Positions 28,649 through 38,573 are shown, counted from the stretch's first letter. The stretch is 64,000 nt of DNA from a virus (IMGVR_UViG_2919414237_000001:3338-67337), one strand, 5' to 3'. A program made the numbers and translations. The notes: generated from the letters alone by a model not told the origin.

Positions 28649-28771
28649 TCACTCCTTATCAAAGCAGTCTCGGCATTGACCATGTTCGTATTATTCGGGT
28701 GGATATAATGTAGCTTCAATCTCTTCAATTTCAACTATTTTTCCACAAGTTTCACATTCGTAATTATGCAA
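28649..28771 (-). pseudogene. Micro zinc-finger ORF with an in-frame TAA
   Basis: CETC...TAA at 28691-28693...CRDC in the same frame; AGGAGG RBS. Confidence 0.45.
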
Positions 28772-28837
28772 CCTTATTCCTCCTTACGTCACAATTTAAG
28801 TCTATTGTTCAATTAATCTCTGTTCGGTGTTTTCATC

Positions 28838-29824
28838 CTACACCGTTTCTAATCGTTGATTCGCAATCCGAACGTATTCTGTCTCGCGCTCAAATCCGAT
28901 AAAATTACGGTTAAGACGCGCGGCAGCTACCGCAGTCGTTCCAGAGCCCATGAAGCAGTCCAAAACAATATCTCCTTCATTTGAAGAGTATTTTATAATG
29001 TCCTCAATAAGTCTTACGGGTTTTTGCGTCGGATGTTTCGTCTTCCTATCTTCGCGAAACGAGTAAGACCACACGTTTTTAATTCCGTCTGATGCTTTGA
29101 ATGTATAACGTCGTTTTTGGCATTCTTCATAAGCTGCATCGTAATCTGTTTTCAGTTCGTCATATGGTTTCTGAAAATACCCTGTGGCTTGTAGCCTTTC
29201 GTAATTTATTCGAGTGGGAAGGCAATTCTGTCTATTGTTTCCGAAGAAATGCGTAGCTATGTTTGACCCTTCTTTAGCCCATCCGTTGCGCCAAAATAGT
29301 TTGTTTATGTCGTTTGCTATTCCATACTTATGCAACTCACTCCGCAAGTAATCGCGCACGACATTCTGTGCGGCCTCATTGCTCCCGCTCTCATCAGTAA
29401 ATGTATAAAATAAACAATACTCTGCAATATTTAAGTAGTTGCGAAAATGATTTTGCGAACCGTATAAATCTTTAACAAATGAATTATCCGGCTTGTCAAC
29501 TGTAATCATCTGTTTGTATATAAATCCTGTATTCTCTTCAACGCATTGCATTAGTTTTGAAATCTGAGTCATATCATTGTGAAACCAGTAGAACGAGCCG
29601 GTCGGCTTCATCACGCGCTCGCATTCTTTAAACACTAATGCCATCCAGTTAACGTACTCGTCAACCGTATTCCACTTATCCCAACGCTTATCCTTCCCAA
29701 TGTTATAAGGCGGATCAATTACGATTAAATCAACGCTCTTATCCGGAATCATCCACATGCCTTCCAAGCAATCCATCTGATAAATCCGATTCAATTCAAG
29801 GCTTCCTAATAATTTTTTCGTCAA
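28838..29824 (-). CDS. DNA amino-methyltransferase (N6A/N4C, beta class)
   Basis: DPPY, HPTQKP, LDCFMGSGTT. Confidence 0.93.
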   Translation of the reverse strand: MTKKLLGSLELNRIYQMDCLEGMWMIPDKSVDLIVIDPPYNIGKDKRWDKWNTVDEYVNWMALVFKECERVMKPTGSFYWFHNDMTQISKLMQCVEENTGFIYKQMITVDKPDNSFVKDLYGSQNHFRNYLNIAEYCLFYTFTDESGSNEAAQNVVRDYLRSELHKYGIANDINKLFWRNGWAKEGSNIATHFFGNNRQNCLPTRINYERLQATGYFQKPYDELKTDYDAAYEECQKRRYTFKASDGIKNVWSYSFREDRKTKHPTQKPVRLIEDIIKYSSNEGDIVLDCFMGSGTTAVAAARLNRNFIGFERETEYVRIANQRLETV

Positions 29825-29909
29825 CTAATTCGTTCCCCTTTCGTTAGCGAGCGCCGAAACGCCCGCCCTCATAACGTATAGACACAAAATCGATAAAAAT
29901 AAAGTAGGT

Positions 29910-30383
29910 CTAATTTCCCATTTTTCGTACAATTACCGGCTGGACCTTCGTAAAATCGTGATACGTTTTCTTACGGTCTTTATTGCGGATGCGAGCCTTC
30001 TTATCTACGAATCTATTTTCATAATCTGACCGCTCTCTTCGCGTTGGCCTTCCGTGCTTTTGTCCATCCGCAGCATTGCCGTCCATTCCGTTTGCCGACT
30101 TAACTTCCCGACTGTCGCGCCGATCGAATTGGCGCTCGCTTAGAAACGGGTATTCCGTGTGCGAAATCTTGTGTTCGTTGTTATCCGTCAATTCTTCATG
30201 CAAAATAAGATCCGCTAACCGCTCAAGCGTCACCGCATCCGGCATTTCACCCGTCTTAGCAAAATAATCCTCGATAAGTCCGTCAATCCGCCCCAAGCGC
30301 ACCTCTCGCGGCATCTCTCCCCGTCTAGTCGCCTGCTGTAATTGCGTGATTGCTTCGTGTAATTCCGTCTTATAGTTCGCCAT
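29910..30383 (-). CDS. Hypothetical phage protein
   Basis: GAGG RBS places the start at MANYK (30383); LERLADLILHEEL motif. Confidence 0.7.
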   Translation of the reverse strand: MANYKTELHEAITQLQQATRRGEMPREVRLGRIDGLIEDYFAKTGEMPDAVTLERLADLILHEELTDNNEHKISHTEYPFLSERQFDRRDSREVKSANGMDGNAADGQKHGRPTRRERSDYENRFVDKKARIRNKDRKKTYHDFTKVQPVIVRKMGN

Positions 30384-30756
30384 TAATCGCATACCCCTCT
30401 CCGTGATGACTCCAAAAATAGTAAACTTCCGAAATTGCCTCGATCGCATTGTTAACGTGTTGCTCAACGGCCTGCTGCGAAACGCCCATCCGCCGCCCCG
30501 CCTCTTCCTGCGTCAAGTCAAGCTCGTAGACCAAGCGGAGCGCCTCGGCCTGGCGCCGTGTTAACGCTGCCAACTCGATTGCCGTCGATAGGTCAGCCAA
30601 TAATACAACCGCATCATAGTCGCCTTGATATTGCCTATTTAGCAAGGCGTGGTAGTCCGATAGTAAGATGCGGAGGCCGAGCGGATTGTCGAGCGCTGGA
30701 TACTTTTCTTGCAAACTGCGTTCATTTACGTGTAAATCTCGTTTAACGTGGCCCAT
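30370..30756 (-). CDS. Sigma-70 region 4-type HTH protein
   Basis: LTRRQAEALRLVYELDLTQEEAGRRMGVSQQAV; start at 30756. Confidence 0.8.
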   Translation of the reverse strand: MGHVKRDLHVNERSLQEKYPALDNPLGLRILLSDYHALLNRQYQGDYDAVVLLADLSTAIELAALTRRQAEALRLVYELDLTQEEAGRRMGVSQQAVEQHVNNAIEAISEVYYFWSHHGEGYAINGEL

Positions 30757-31403
30757 TATTTCGCCTCCCCTTCGCAAATTTTCACGATATGCTCGCATAA
30801 CTCTTGCGGAATCCTACTCCGCTCCACCGACCCCTTCAGCCCTTGCGTGCCTGTTTTCGCTCCACGCGGCGCCGGTTGATGGTGGCACGCTTTATTGCCG
30901 TTATGGCACACCGGTTTAAATTTGGGATCCGGATGATTTGTCCAAAGGTCGGTCGGTTTGGCGCGCATGTCTCCGTATTGGCAGTACCAAACGGTATAGC
31001 GCGGCAAGTCCGCCATGAATCTCATCTTCCGCATGCCTCCGCGTGGATTCTCGATAAAATAAAACTTCGGATTCAATTCGCGAATCAGGCGCAGCATATT
31101 CTGATTAACTTTGTCGCAAAACTTCGCATAATCCGATTTAGGCGCCAGATTGCCGTCTGGTTCCCGGGTTCGGTGATGCGAGATGGCTGCGATACTATAC
31201 GAAGTACAGTCGGGCGATGCCCAGATGACGTCAGGTCGGCCGAACCTTTCGAGAATGTCGGCGGCTGTAATTTTGCCGATGTCTGCGTACCAATTAATTT
31301 CCGGGTGCTTTTCGTCCCATTCGACGCTGTATACTTCGTGGCCGGCGGCTTCGAACGCTTTTCCGATGGAGCGCGTGCCAGCGAATAATTCAAGTACTCT
31401 CAT
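30756..31403 (-). CDS. Short C5 cytosine methyltransferase-like protein
   Basis: LELFAG, WASPDC, FIENP motifs; no clear target-recognition domain. Confidence 0.8.
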   Translation of the reverse strand: MRVLELFAGTRSIGKAFEAAGHEVYSVEWDEKHPEINWYADIGKITAADILERFGRPDVIWASPDCTSYSIAAISHHRTREPDGNLAPKSDYAKFCDKVNQNMLRLIRELNPKFYFIENPRGGMRKMRFMADLPRYTVWYCQYGDMRAKPTDLWTNHPDPKFKPVCHNGNKACHHQPAPRGAKTGTQGLKGSVERSRIPQELCEHIVKICEGEAK

Positions 31404-31474
31404 GCGTTACCTCCTTGATTAATTCGTTTTCATTCGTTATAATTGCGTTAAAACTAACGTAAGGACGTGATCCC

Positions 31475-31846
31475 ATGCCATTCGAACCGTTACAAATCGC
31501 CCGTCGAGGCGGTAAATCATTAACAATCGATAAGCATCACCGTATTCGCCTATCCGCTATAATGCGTAAGGAGCTCGCGTTAACTCAATTTACGCCCGTC
31601 ATAATCAGCGTTGATGTTGAAAACAAGCGAGTTGGCGTTGTTAAACAGGATCTTGCGAAAGTGCCTAACGCTTCTGTAGTGCGCCCCGACAAGCGCGGCT
31701 ATCTCGGTGTTGCTGCCGGAAAGCAAGTCGTTAGTAAATTGGCGCTGGCCGACGCCGACCTTCCACTTAAATTCGAGTATGTCGGAAAAGTTGACGAAGG
31801 TAGCGTGTTTTGGCATTCGTTTGAGCTCGTAAAACCTGCGGAGTGA
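31475..31846 (+). CDS. Hypothetical protein, possibly AbrB-like fold, counter-oriented
   Basis: LTIDKHHRIRLSAIMRKEL pattern; RBS; upstream TATAAT. Confidence 0.65.
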   Translation: MPFEPLQIARRGGKSLTIDKHHRIRLSAIMRKELALTQFTPVIISVDVENKRVGVVKQDLAKVPNASVVRPDKRGYLGVAAGKQVVSKLALADADLPLKFEYVGKVDEGSVFWHSFELVKPAE

Positions 31847-31850
31847 TTGC

Positions 31851-32747
31851 CTATTTCACTCCGTTTAATCCTTTGAAGATGTGCGCGATAACATCGACTG
31901 TCCATCCGTTGCCTACCGCTGAGTACCTAGCGGAATCGGACACGCAATCTGTGTAATTGTCCGGTAAGGTCTGCATCCGTTCGTACTCGATCGGCATAAA
32001 CTTTCTGCATCTTCCGTCCTGGTATACTTTCTTTTGACGGTTGCCTCCGTCACCATCAGCGAGAAGAGTATTGCATTTCGCGTTTTGGTTGTATACCTCT
32101 TTCATGTTTCGTTGAAAACCTTTTTGTACATCTAAAGTACACTGCACTTTCTTATCATCGCCGTTATAGATAAACGGTAAGTCATACCAGTACTTGTCAG
32201 GAACTTCATTTGCCGGAACAATGATATCTTTAATAAACACCCCTTTGTCTTCTGGTTGCGAAATGTTTGGTATATTAGTCCAATACAACCTCTTACGTTC
32301 AGCAGCGCTTACTAATGAAGAATTTATCAATATAGGTTCTACTCCCAATATTTCGGTTATTATATCTTCCCATTCTTTTTCCATAACTACATTTTCAAGT
32401 AAAAAATATCTAGGTTTTATATATTTGAATACTCTCTCGTAATGATAGAAGAGTTTACTTTTTGAGCCTTCCAAACCTTTTGCATCATTTCTATTTAATT
32501 TGTACGGGCTTAGATCCTGGCAAGGTGACCCTCCAATGAGAAAATCTATTCCCTGAAGACTAGATAAATCGCCATCTCTTACCTGAGTCACATCGCCCAT
32601 TTGGGTCGTATTCGGATAATGTTTCTGCGTAACTTTTATGGCTTTTGGTTCGATTTCACTAGCGAAGTATTTATCTATTTTTATACCTGCACGTTCGAAC
32701 GCCAACTGTCCGCAGCTAATCCCGTCAAATAAGCTTAATACGTTCAC
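31851..32747 (-). CDS. C5 DNA cytosine methyltransferase
   Basis: LSLFDG, GGSPCQ, LLENV, ERMQTLP, GNGW. Confidence 0.93.
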   Translation of the reverse strand: MNVLSLFDGISCGQLAFERAGIKIDKYFASEIEPKAIKVTQKHYPNTTQMGDVTQVRDGDLSSLQGIDFLIGGSPCQDLSPYKLNRNDAKGLEGSKSKLFYHYERVFKYIKPRYFLLENVVMEKEWEDIITEILGVEPILINSSLVSAAERKRLYWTNIPNISQPEDKGVFIKDIIVPANEVPDKYWYDLPFIYNGDDKKVQCTLDVQKGFQRNMKEVYNQNAKCNTLLADGDGGNRQKKVYQDGRCRKFMPIEYERMQTLPDNYTDCVSDSARYSAVGNGWTVDVIAHIFKGLNGVK

Positions 32748-33328
32748 CCAATCGCCCCCATAATTTCGTCTATCTTGTCTTGTAGATCGCCAACACTTCC
32801 GTCATTGCTTACGCTATAATCCACCGCAAACCCATCAATCGCGCTTTCCGTAATATGCTCGAGGTCATTCTCGTTAAAATCATCGCCCGCCTCAATCGCC
32901 CGAGCAATCCGCACCTCATCCTGAGCCGTTACGCGAATCAGCGTAAATCCATTCCGCCAGCACCAGTCTACTTCGTTTTGCTGGCGGACGTCGGTCAGCA
33001 CGATGCCCACACGGTCATGGCCGGTATTCACGCGGAAGTCAATCGTGCCGGCCACTTTGCGCTCGGCATGGCGTATCCAGACATTTTCGTCAATACTCCG
33101 CATTAATTGCCCAACATCTTGGTAGAGCGCCCTGGGCTTCGAAGATTCCGAAACCCACGGAAATGTTTCGTGTGCAATGCGTTTGAGTGCGTCACCGAAA
33201 GCAATGCGGTCGAATCCGTATTTGATGTGCAGATAGTGAGCAGCGACGTCTTTCCCCGAACGTAATTTGCCGCACAGGGCGATCTTAACGACTTCGACTT
33301 CCCGTTCAACAGTTATCGTACTCTTCAT
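32744..33328 (-). CDS. Deoxynucleoside monophosphate kinase
   Basis: GKLRSGKD P-loop; AFGDALK; TDVRQQNE; HITES. Confidence 0.85.
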   Translation of the reverse strand: MKSTITVEREVEVVKIALCGKLRSGKDVAAHYLHIKYGFDRIAFGDALKRIAHETFPWVSESSKPRALYQDVGQLMRSIDENVWIRHAERKVAGTIDFRVNTGHDRVGIVLTDVRQQNEVDWCWRNGFTLIRVTAQDEVRIARAIEAGDDFNENDLEHITESAIDGFAVDYSVSNDGSVGDLQDKIDEIMGAIG

Positions 33329-33774
33329 CGGCTGCCCTCCGCATAATACTTATTGATTGCGTCAAGGACTTGCGTGCGACTGTCTAGCTCGCGAATGTCC
33401 TCCGAGTTGGACTCCGCCTGTTCTGCGAAAGTTTCAAGGTTGCGTTGGGCGGCGGCTAGTTGCGATTCTAATTGCGTTACGCGCCGGGCTAAGTTGGCGA
33501 GCATGTCGATGACTTGCGGTGAGGCTTGCGCTGTGTCGACCGTGGGTTCATCGACCAATTCTAGTACCGCGTAGTTTCTTGGGTTAATAGCGCCACATCC
33601 CGCGCTAACGTAACCACCAGAATCAACGTTTCTCGCAATAAACACGTCGCCGTATTTTACGCCTATTCCGCTACTATCTTTCGTGTAAATAATTCTTTCA
33701 CCAACCTTAGCCTTCCGATGAACCTCAACGTAAGTCACTCCGTCAATTTCATGCGCCTTAACTTCCTTCATCAT
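33325..33774 (-). CDS. Hypothetical phage protein
   Basis: GAGGAGG RBS places the start at 33774; RKAKVGERI motif; C-terminal coiled coil. Confidence 0.7.
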   Translation of the reverse strand: MMKEVKAHEIDGVTYVEVHRKAKVGERIIYTKDSSGIGVKYGDVFIARNVDSGGYVSAGCGAINPRNYAVLELVDEPTVDTAQASPQVIDMLANLARRVTQLESQLAAAQRNLETFAEQAESNSEDIRELDSRTQVLDAINKYYAEGSR

Positions 33775-33860
33775 TCCCGATTCCTCCTCGTTAAGTTTCG
33801 TTTGACTTGCGTTTATAATTGCGTTAAAATTAAGACAATAAATCAAAGGAGCGTGTTATT

Positions 33861-34055
33861 ATGCGTTGTTCCGTCTTATATAGTAAAAAGGGCGACATTT
33901 ATGAAGTTAAAATCGATAATCCATTCGCCGAGCCATACCGGATTGATGCCGCCGTCTTCCGTGAGTTCTTACGTAAGCACGGTCACGGTAAGGATGGCAT
34001 TCCGATGTCCGGCATGATTAACGTTTATAGAAGCGAATTTTTCGCTATTTTATAA
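33861..34055 (+). CDS. Small counter-oriented hypothetical protein
   Basis: AAGGAG RBS; upstream TATAAT. Confidence 0.6.
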   Translation: MRCSVLYSKKGDIYEVKIDNPFAEPYRIDAAVFREFLRKHGHGKDGIPMSGMINVYRSEFFAIL

Positions 34056-34554
34056 TTCGGATCTGTATCCGCTGCCTTCCGAATTGGAGGGCGTTTTTAT
34101 TGTCGCTTGCTAAATAATCGATAATCGTACCGCGAATGGCTCCGCCCGTGTCTAACGCAATAGCCCGCTCGAGTGTTCCGTCCTTGAACCGAAGTTCAAC
34201 CGTCGTGCCTAGCGGAATCACACTCGGATCAGTTGCAATAATGCGCTTGCCTTCGTAGTGAGTCCGATTGGTAACGTCGAGCCCCGTCTTGGTGATTCCG
34301 GAGCAACCTTCGGCACAATCAGCGGTGTACGCTGTTGCGGTGAAGTCGCGCCACTGAGACGCTCTCAGGCGCTCAATTTCGGCTCGTAGGCGCTCGTTCA
34401 CTTCGCGCTGCTCAGTTAGTCGTTGCGTTAATACTTCCGCTTGCTGGCGCCACTCCTGAGCCGCAGGCATCGTTTGCTGGGCGAGCTGGCCTGCGACAAT
34501 GGACGGCGGATTTAGTAAGTTATACGTTAACATCATCGTTGTTAGTAAGCCGAT
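34045..34554 (-). CDS. 3D-domain (cell-wall lytic transglycosylase-like) protein
   Basis: ATAYT, IATDPSVIPLGT, ALDTGGAIRG, IDY; RBS suggests an ATC start at 34554 (first ATG is 34536). Confidence 0.85.
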   Translation of the reverse strand: MGLLTTMMLTYNLLNPPSIVAGQLAQQTMPAAQEWRQQAEVLTQRLTEQREVNERLRAEIERLRASQWRDFTATAYTADCAEGCSGITKTGLDVTNRTHYEGKRIIATDPSVIPLGTTVELRFKDGTLERAIALDTGGAIRGTIIDYLASDNKNALQFGRQRIQIRIIK

Positions 34555-34571
34555 AGTATCACCTCGTTGTA

Positions 34572-35363
34572 TTAGTTAAAGAATGCTTCCGTCCACGGCT
34601 CAACTTCGATAACTGCCGCTTTTAATTCTTCCGCTAAATCCGTTATTTCCTTCTGACCGCCCGCTCCCGGCTTCCTTTTCGAGTAGAAGTCGAGCAAAGC
34701 GCGAAGATTAACCGTTAGCACTAGACTAGTAGCTGCTGCATTAGGAAGGACGGCTCTCGCATCTTCAGCAGGCACGCCGGCCTTCCGCAATCTATCGTAA
34801 GTTACCTGAGCCGTTCGCATAAACTCTTCGAACACTTCTTCCGCGGTATAATTCTTCCACTCAGTAACCTCGTAATCATCGTCAAATTCAACCGCATATT
34901 GATAATTTGGTATTTCGTTGTCCCCAATACTGTCTGGTGTAACAAAATCAAAACCACCGCTTCGATCATTGCTGCCAAATTTGACGTACCTTTGCGATTG
35001 TACTGAGAAGGAGAATCCTACGCGATGCCTGGTAAGTTGTGCAAGTAAGGCGCGACTAACATCTTCGACTGCAAAAACGAAACTGATTCCTTCGAGCGTT
35101 GACGTATGCTTGCTCGCAATAATCATGCGAATTAAGCGGTCCGCCTCCGACCCTTCCTTGCCGTCGGTCGCCTTAGTGCCGAAATACTTTTCGCCTTCAT
35201 TAATGACGATTTCGCTTGGCTTGCCTGGCGAGTAGCACGTTCTGATCGCGGTTAGTGCGATTGCCTTTCCGCTAGTGAATGGCATAGCGAAGTCGAGCTC
35301 CGCCTTTAATTTATCGACAAATTTGCGAGATAGTTGCGTGTGGGCCAATAGTTCGACGTTCAA
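34572..35363 (-). CDS. thyX: FAD-dependent thymidylate synthase
   Basis: QLTRHRVGFSFSVQSQRYV signature; EDARAVLP; NLRALL. Confidence 0.95.
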   Translation of the reverse strand: MNVELLAHTQLSRKFVDKLKAELDFAMPFTSGKAIALTAIRTCYSPGKPSEIVINEGEKYFGTKATDGKEGSEADRLIRMIIASKHTSTLEGISFVFAVEDVSRALLAQLTRHRVGFSFSVQSQRYVKFGSNDRSGGFDFVTPDSIGDNEIPNYQYAVEFDDDYEVTEWKNYTAEEVFEEFMRTAQVTYDRLRKAGVPAEDARAVLPNAAATSLVLTVNLRALLDFYSKRKPGAGGQKEITDLAEELKAAVIEVEPWTEAFFN

Positions 35364-35735
35364 TTACTTCGCCTCCTTAACTTCGTAACCTTCTTTGTCG
35401 CTATTTCCGTCTTGCCTTGCGTGATTCTCGGCGTTCTTTTCCATATAAATAGAATGAATCGTTTCAGGCATTAAGCCGACAACGCGAGATAGCGAAAGTA
35501 GGAAGTGCCACATATCGATAACTTCGCCTTGCAACGCGGTCTCATCGATTGCCTTCGGATTCTTCCACCATTTCCAGTTAACCTCGCGTCTGATTTCGTC
35601 AATTTCGCTTTCCATTGCGATTGTGATCCCCGTCACCCATTCGCTGACATCCTTCTCAATGCCGCGTTCTTTAATGATTCGACCATCAAGTCCGGCCTGC
35701 ATTTCGAACATTTCCTGTAATTTATCGTTAATCAA
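35364..35735 (-). CDS. Dimeric dUTP diphosphatase
   Basis: EIDEIRREVNWKWWK; EVIDMWHF; KNAENHARQ; GGAGG with TTG at 35735. Confidence 0.88.
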   Translation of the reverse strand: MINDKLQEMFEMQAGLDGRIIKERGIEKDVSEWVTGITIAMESEIDEIRREVNWKWWKNPKAIDETALQGEVIDMWHFLLSLSRVVGLMPETIHSIYMEKNAENHARQDGNSDKEGYEVKEAK

Positions 35736-35840
35736 TCTCGTATCCTCCCGTTCTTGTTTCGCGTTCAATTCCGCCAGCGTGCACAACACCGAAAACCTGT
35801 CGCACATGAGGCGGCGTAGCGTGTGGATCATTCGGTAAAC

Positions 35841-36203
35841 TCATTCGTTATCAACGCGGTAAAAGGACACCGATTCCGAGTAATACCCGTTTGAACTCCC
35901 GAACCAACGAATCGTAACGTAGCCTTTATTCGTCGCAAATTTATAAAATGTCCACGTCGAACTTTCACACCAACTGTCCTCGTCGTCTTTGCCAGCCTCG
36001 ACCACCTCTTCCGCCATAGTTAAAGGCGAACCTACTAGGTCGTTTAAATCACCGATAACATCTTCGATATATACAGATTCGCAGCAATCTTGCTCGTGAT
36101 ACATACGATATACTTCACCGTCCTCTGTGCGGAAGGTTATTTCGTCATCGCCTCGCTCAATATTCGCAATAGTTTTTCCGATTAGATTATCGTAACTGTT
36201 CAT
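35841..36203 (-). CDS. Hypothetical phage protein
   Basis: HEQDCCESVYIED; WFGSSNGYYSE; start at 36203. Confidence 0.7.
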   Translation of the reverse strand: MNSYDNLIGKTIANIERGDDEITFRTEDGEVYRMYHEQDCCESVYIEDVIGDLNDLVGSPLTMAEEVVEAGKDDEDSWCESSTWTFYKFATNKGYVTIRWFGSSNGYYSESVSFYRVDNE

Positions 36204-36204
36204 A

Positions 36205-36810
36205 TTATTTAGCCTCCATAAATTCGATATGTTTAACGTTTTCAACCGGCTTAATCAACGCCTCAATCGTCCGCTCCACGCTCGCCTCCGCCTTGTCAAA
36301 CGCTTGCCTATTGCGCTTGATGTCGTCGATTGCCCCCGTGCGTGCTTTGCCGAACATCGCCTGGAGCTGCGCCTCGTTTAAGTCTTTGCGGAACATGCCG
36401 ACGTCTTTGCTGACGCGGGCTTTATCAAACGGAATGTCGACGCTGATAATCTTCGGTTGCGGAAACTTTACCGTTACCGTGTTGCCGTGCGTTGTTACTT
36501 GGATGTCCGCGGTTTGAATGCCGAGCTTAAACGTGCCGGTTGCCGCCAGCTTATACGTTTTGTCTCCGTACCATTCACTATCGTTATACTCGATTGTTTT
36601 CGCAACCTTGCCGGTCAAGCCGACGAGTTCGGCCTTCGTTGATAACGCGTTGATGACCGCCTGCTTGTCGACGTAGTGGGCTGACGCCTTTTCGACCGGA
36701 ATCGGCTTGGCGCCCGGATCGAATACCGTGTTGACGTAGAGGCCGCCGGCTACTGCGAGCGAGGCGACCATTAGCGTACCTTTTGCCGCTTTTTTAATCA
36801 TCTGGGTCAC
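36205..36810 (-). CDS. DUF4230-like membrane-anchored protein
   Basis: N-terminal TM; GTFKLGI; VKFPQPKIISVDI. Confidence 0.7.
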   Translation of the reverse strand: MTQMIKKAAKGTLMVASLAVAGGLYVNTVFDPGAKPIPVEKASAHYVDKQAVINALSTKAELVGLTGKVAKTIEYNDSEWYGDKTYKLAATGTFKLGIQTADIQVTTHGNTVTVKFPQPKIISVDIPFDKARVSKDVGMFRKDLNEAQLQAMFGKARTGAIDDIKRNRQAFDKAEASVERTIEALIKPVENVKHIEFMEAK

Positions 36811-36992
36811 TCCTTTCGTGCTGTCCGATTCGCCGAGAAGCCGTTTGGAAGTCCGTGGGCACTGAAGCGAAAACTAGGTTGCTTGACGGTGAGGGTTCCG
36901 CAGGTGGTGCAGACGGTTGACGTCGTGTTCATCGGAACCAGTTCGTCTTTAACTTCGTTGCATTTTTCGCATAGAAATGAATAGAATGGCAT
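36807..36992 (-). CDS. FmdB-family zinc-ribbon protein
   Basis: MPFYSFLCEKC...CTTCG. Confidence 0.75.
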   Translation of the reverse strand: MPFYSFLCEKCNEVKDELVPMNTTSTVCTTCGTLTVKQPSFRFSAHGLPNGFSANRTARKE

Positions 36993-37191
36993 TAGCGGAC
37001 CTCCTTTTTGTGTCGCTTAATCTTCGTATAGTTCATTAATCAGTTGCTTGTTCTATAAAGCCGATTAATGAATCTATTTCAATTTGTGTATCAATATCTG
37101 CCGTATTGCGGCTAATATCAACCAACTTTTCGATTATCTCTTCTAAAAATGAGTTCATTTAGTTCTCTCCTTTTTAGTACGCTATATCTAT

Positions 37192-37908
37192 CTAGTACGT
37201 ATTCCCGCGGGCTTCCAAATCCGCAAACTCTGGCGCCATATCGTGATTTCGCAAGATATCTTCGACCACACCTACGGCATAATGTCGCTCGATATCCATT
37301 AGATTAACGTGATCGAAAATGTCGTGTGCTCCTCGCTCATACAATCCGTTAAGCAACTGGTACATCCCGTTTGTGGAAGGCTTTCGTAGTCTTTGCGTGT
37401 CTACTTGCGCAAAGTTTCCGCAGAATACCATTTTCGTTCCCGGCCCTAATCGCGTAGCCACTCCGTGCATTGTTCCGACGTCGAGATTTTGAACTTCGTC
37501 CACTAGCACGAACGACTTGTGAAAGGTTCCGCCTCGCATCGTTTGAATCGGATCGAAGAATATCTGCGCCTTGTCTCCGCCAGTCATTAGGTATTGAACG
37601 ATACGCTTTGATTCGTCCGACATGGCTTCGAGATTATCGAGAAACGGTCTGATAAACGGGTAAGTTTTTTCGTCAATACTGCCGGGCAGATGTCCGATTT
37701 CCATTCCGAGCTGCGCTTGTAGTCGCGTGTAAATTAACTTGCGATATCTTCGCGTTTCAACTACGTTTTCAAGTCCGACTGCTTGAGCGATGAGTGATTT
37801 ACCTCCGCCAGCCGGTCCGGTGATGAACATGTAAGGCTTTTCGTTATTTAACGCTTGCATCGCGCCCTTTTGCGCTTGATTGCGTGCCGATACTCCGAAA
37901 AATGCCAT
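37192..37908 (-). CDS. phoH: PhoH-family ATPase
   Basis: GPAGGGKS; MRGGTF; VDEVQN; GNFAQVD. Confidence 0.9.
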   Translation of the reverse strand: MAFFGVSARNQAQKGAMQALNNEKPYMFITGPAGGGKSLIAQAVGLENVVETRRYRKLIYTRLQAQLGMEIGHLPGSIDEKTYPFIRPFLDNLEAMSDESKRIVQYLMTGGDKAQIFFDPIQTMRGGTFHKSFVLVDEVQNLDVGTMHGVATRLGPGTKMVFCGNFAQVDTQRLRKPSTNGMYQLLNGLYERGAHDIFDHVNLMDIERHYAVGVVEDILRNHDMAPEFADLEARGNTY

Positions 37909-37911
37909 TAA

Positions 37912-38112
37912 TTACTTCGCCTTCCTTTCGCTAATCGCAAAGTTATAGAGCACAACTGCGTTCATTAAGAACGAAACGCCAACGGTAAAGTCATCCGGCT
38001 TGATGCCGAGGAGTAATGCGAGTAAGCTTCCGACATAGATTGCGAAACATGCCGTATAAAGATATTTCAAACGCAAGCACCTCCGTATTTTAGTGGCGGG
38101 CGATAACCGCAT
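37912..38112 (-). CDS. Small membrane protein
   Basis: Two hydrophobic segments. Confidence 0.6.
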   Translation of the reverse strand: MRLSPATKIRRCLRLKYLYTACFAIYVGSLLALLLGIKPDDFTVGVSFLMNAVVLYNFAISERKAK

Positions 38113-38128
38113 TGGTCACAGCCCTTAC

Positions 38129-38163
38129 ACTTGTTATGTCGCGCGAGTTGGGGGTTTCGCGCA
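38129..38163 (-). promoter_or_regulatory. 35-bp TGCGCGA-anchored motif, copy 3
   Basis: ACTTGTTATGTCGCG-N13-TCGCGCA. Confidence 0.6.
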
Positions 38164-38164
38164 G

Positions 38165-38572
38165 TTATTTCAATAATTTTTCCGAAATCATTCCGCGCAT
38201 AAATTCTTTATTACGAGTGTTCTTATACGGATTGGCGTAAACAACCCGTTTAATTCCCGCTTGGTTCAATAATTTCGTACAGTTTTCGCAAGGCTCATGC
38301 GTTACGTAAGCCGTTGAACCTTCCGTTGAAGTCAGCGCCAGTAATATTGCATTCTGTTCCGCATGAATGGTCCGAATGCATCGTCCTTCATCGTTAAGTA
38401 GGCAACCTGCGTCCGTACAATGCTCATGTCCGCGAATTGATCCATTGTAGCCGGTCGATATAATCCGATTGTCTTTTACGAGGACACAGCCGACGTGCAA
38501 CTTGCGACACGTCGACCTTTCCGCCACCATGAAGGCGATGTCCATGAAATACTCATCCCAGGACTTGCGCAT
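38165..38572 (-). CDS. dCMP deaminase
   Basis: RSTC, STGYNG, HAEQNA, HEPCENC. Confidence 0.93.
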   Translation of the reverse strand: MRKSWDEYFMDIAFMVAERSTCRKLHVGCVLVKDNRIISTGYNGSIRGHEHCTDAGCLLNDEGRCIRTIHAEQNAILLALTSTEGSTAYVTHEPCENCTKLLNQAGIKRVVYANPYKNTRNKEFMRGMISEKLLK

Positions 38573-38573
38573 A

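Noticed and set aside
28838-32747. Restriction-modification defence system
   Set aside because: No adjacent restriction endonuclease; the MTases are dispersed orphans in the middle-gene region.
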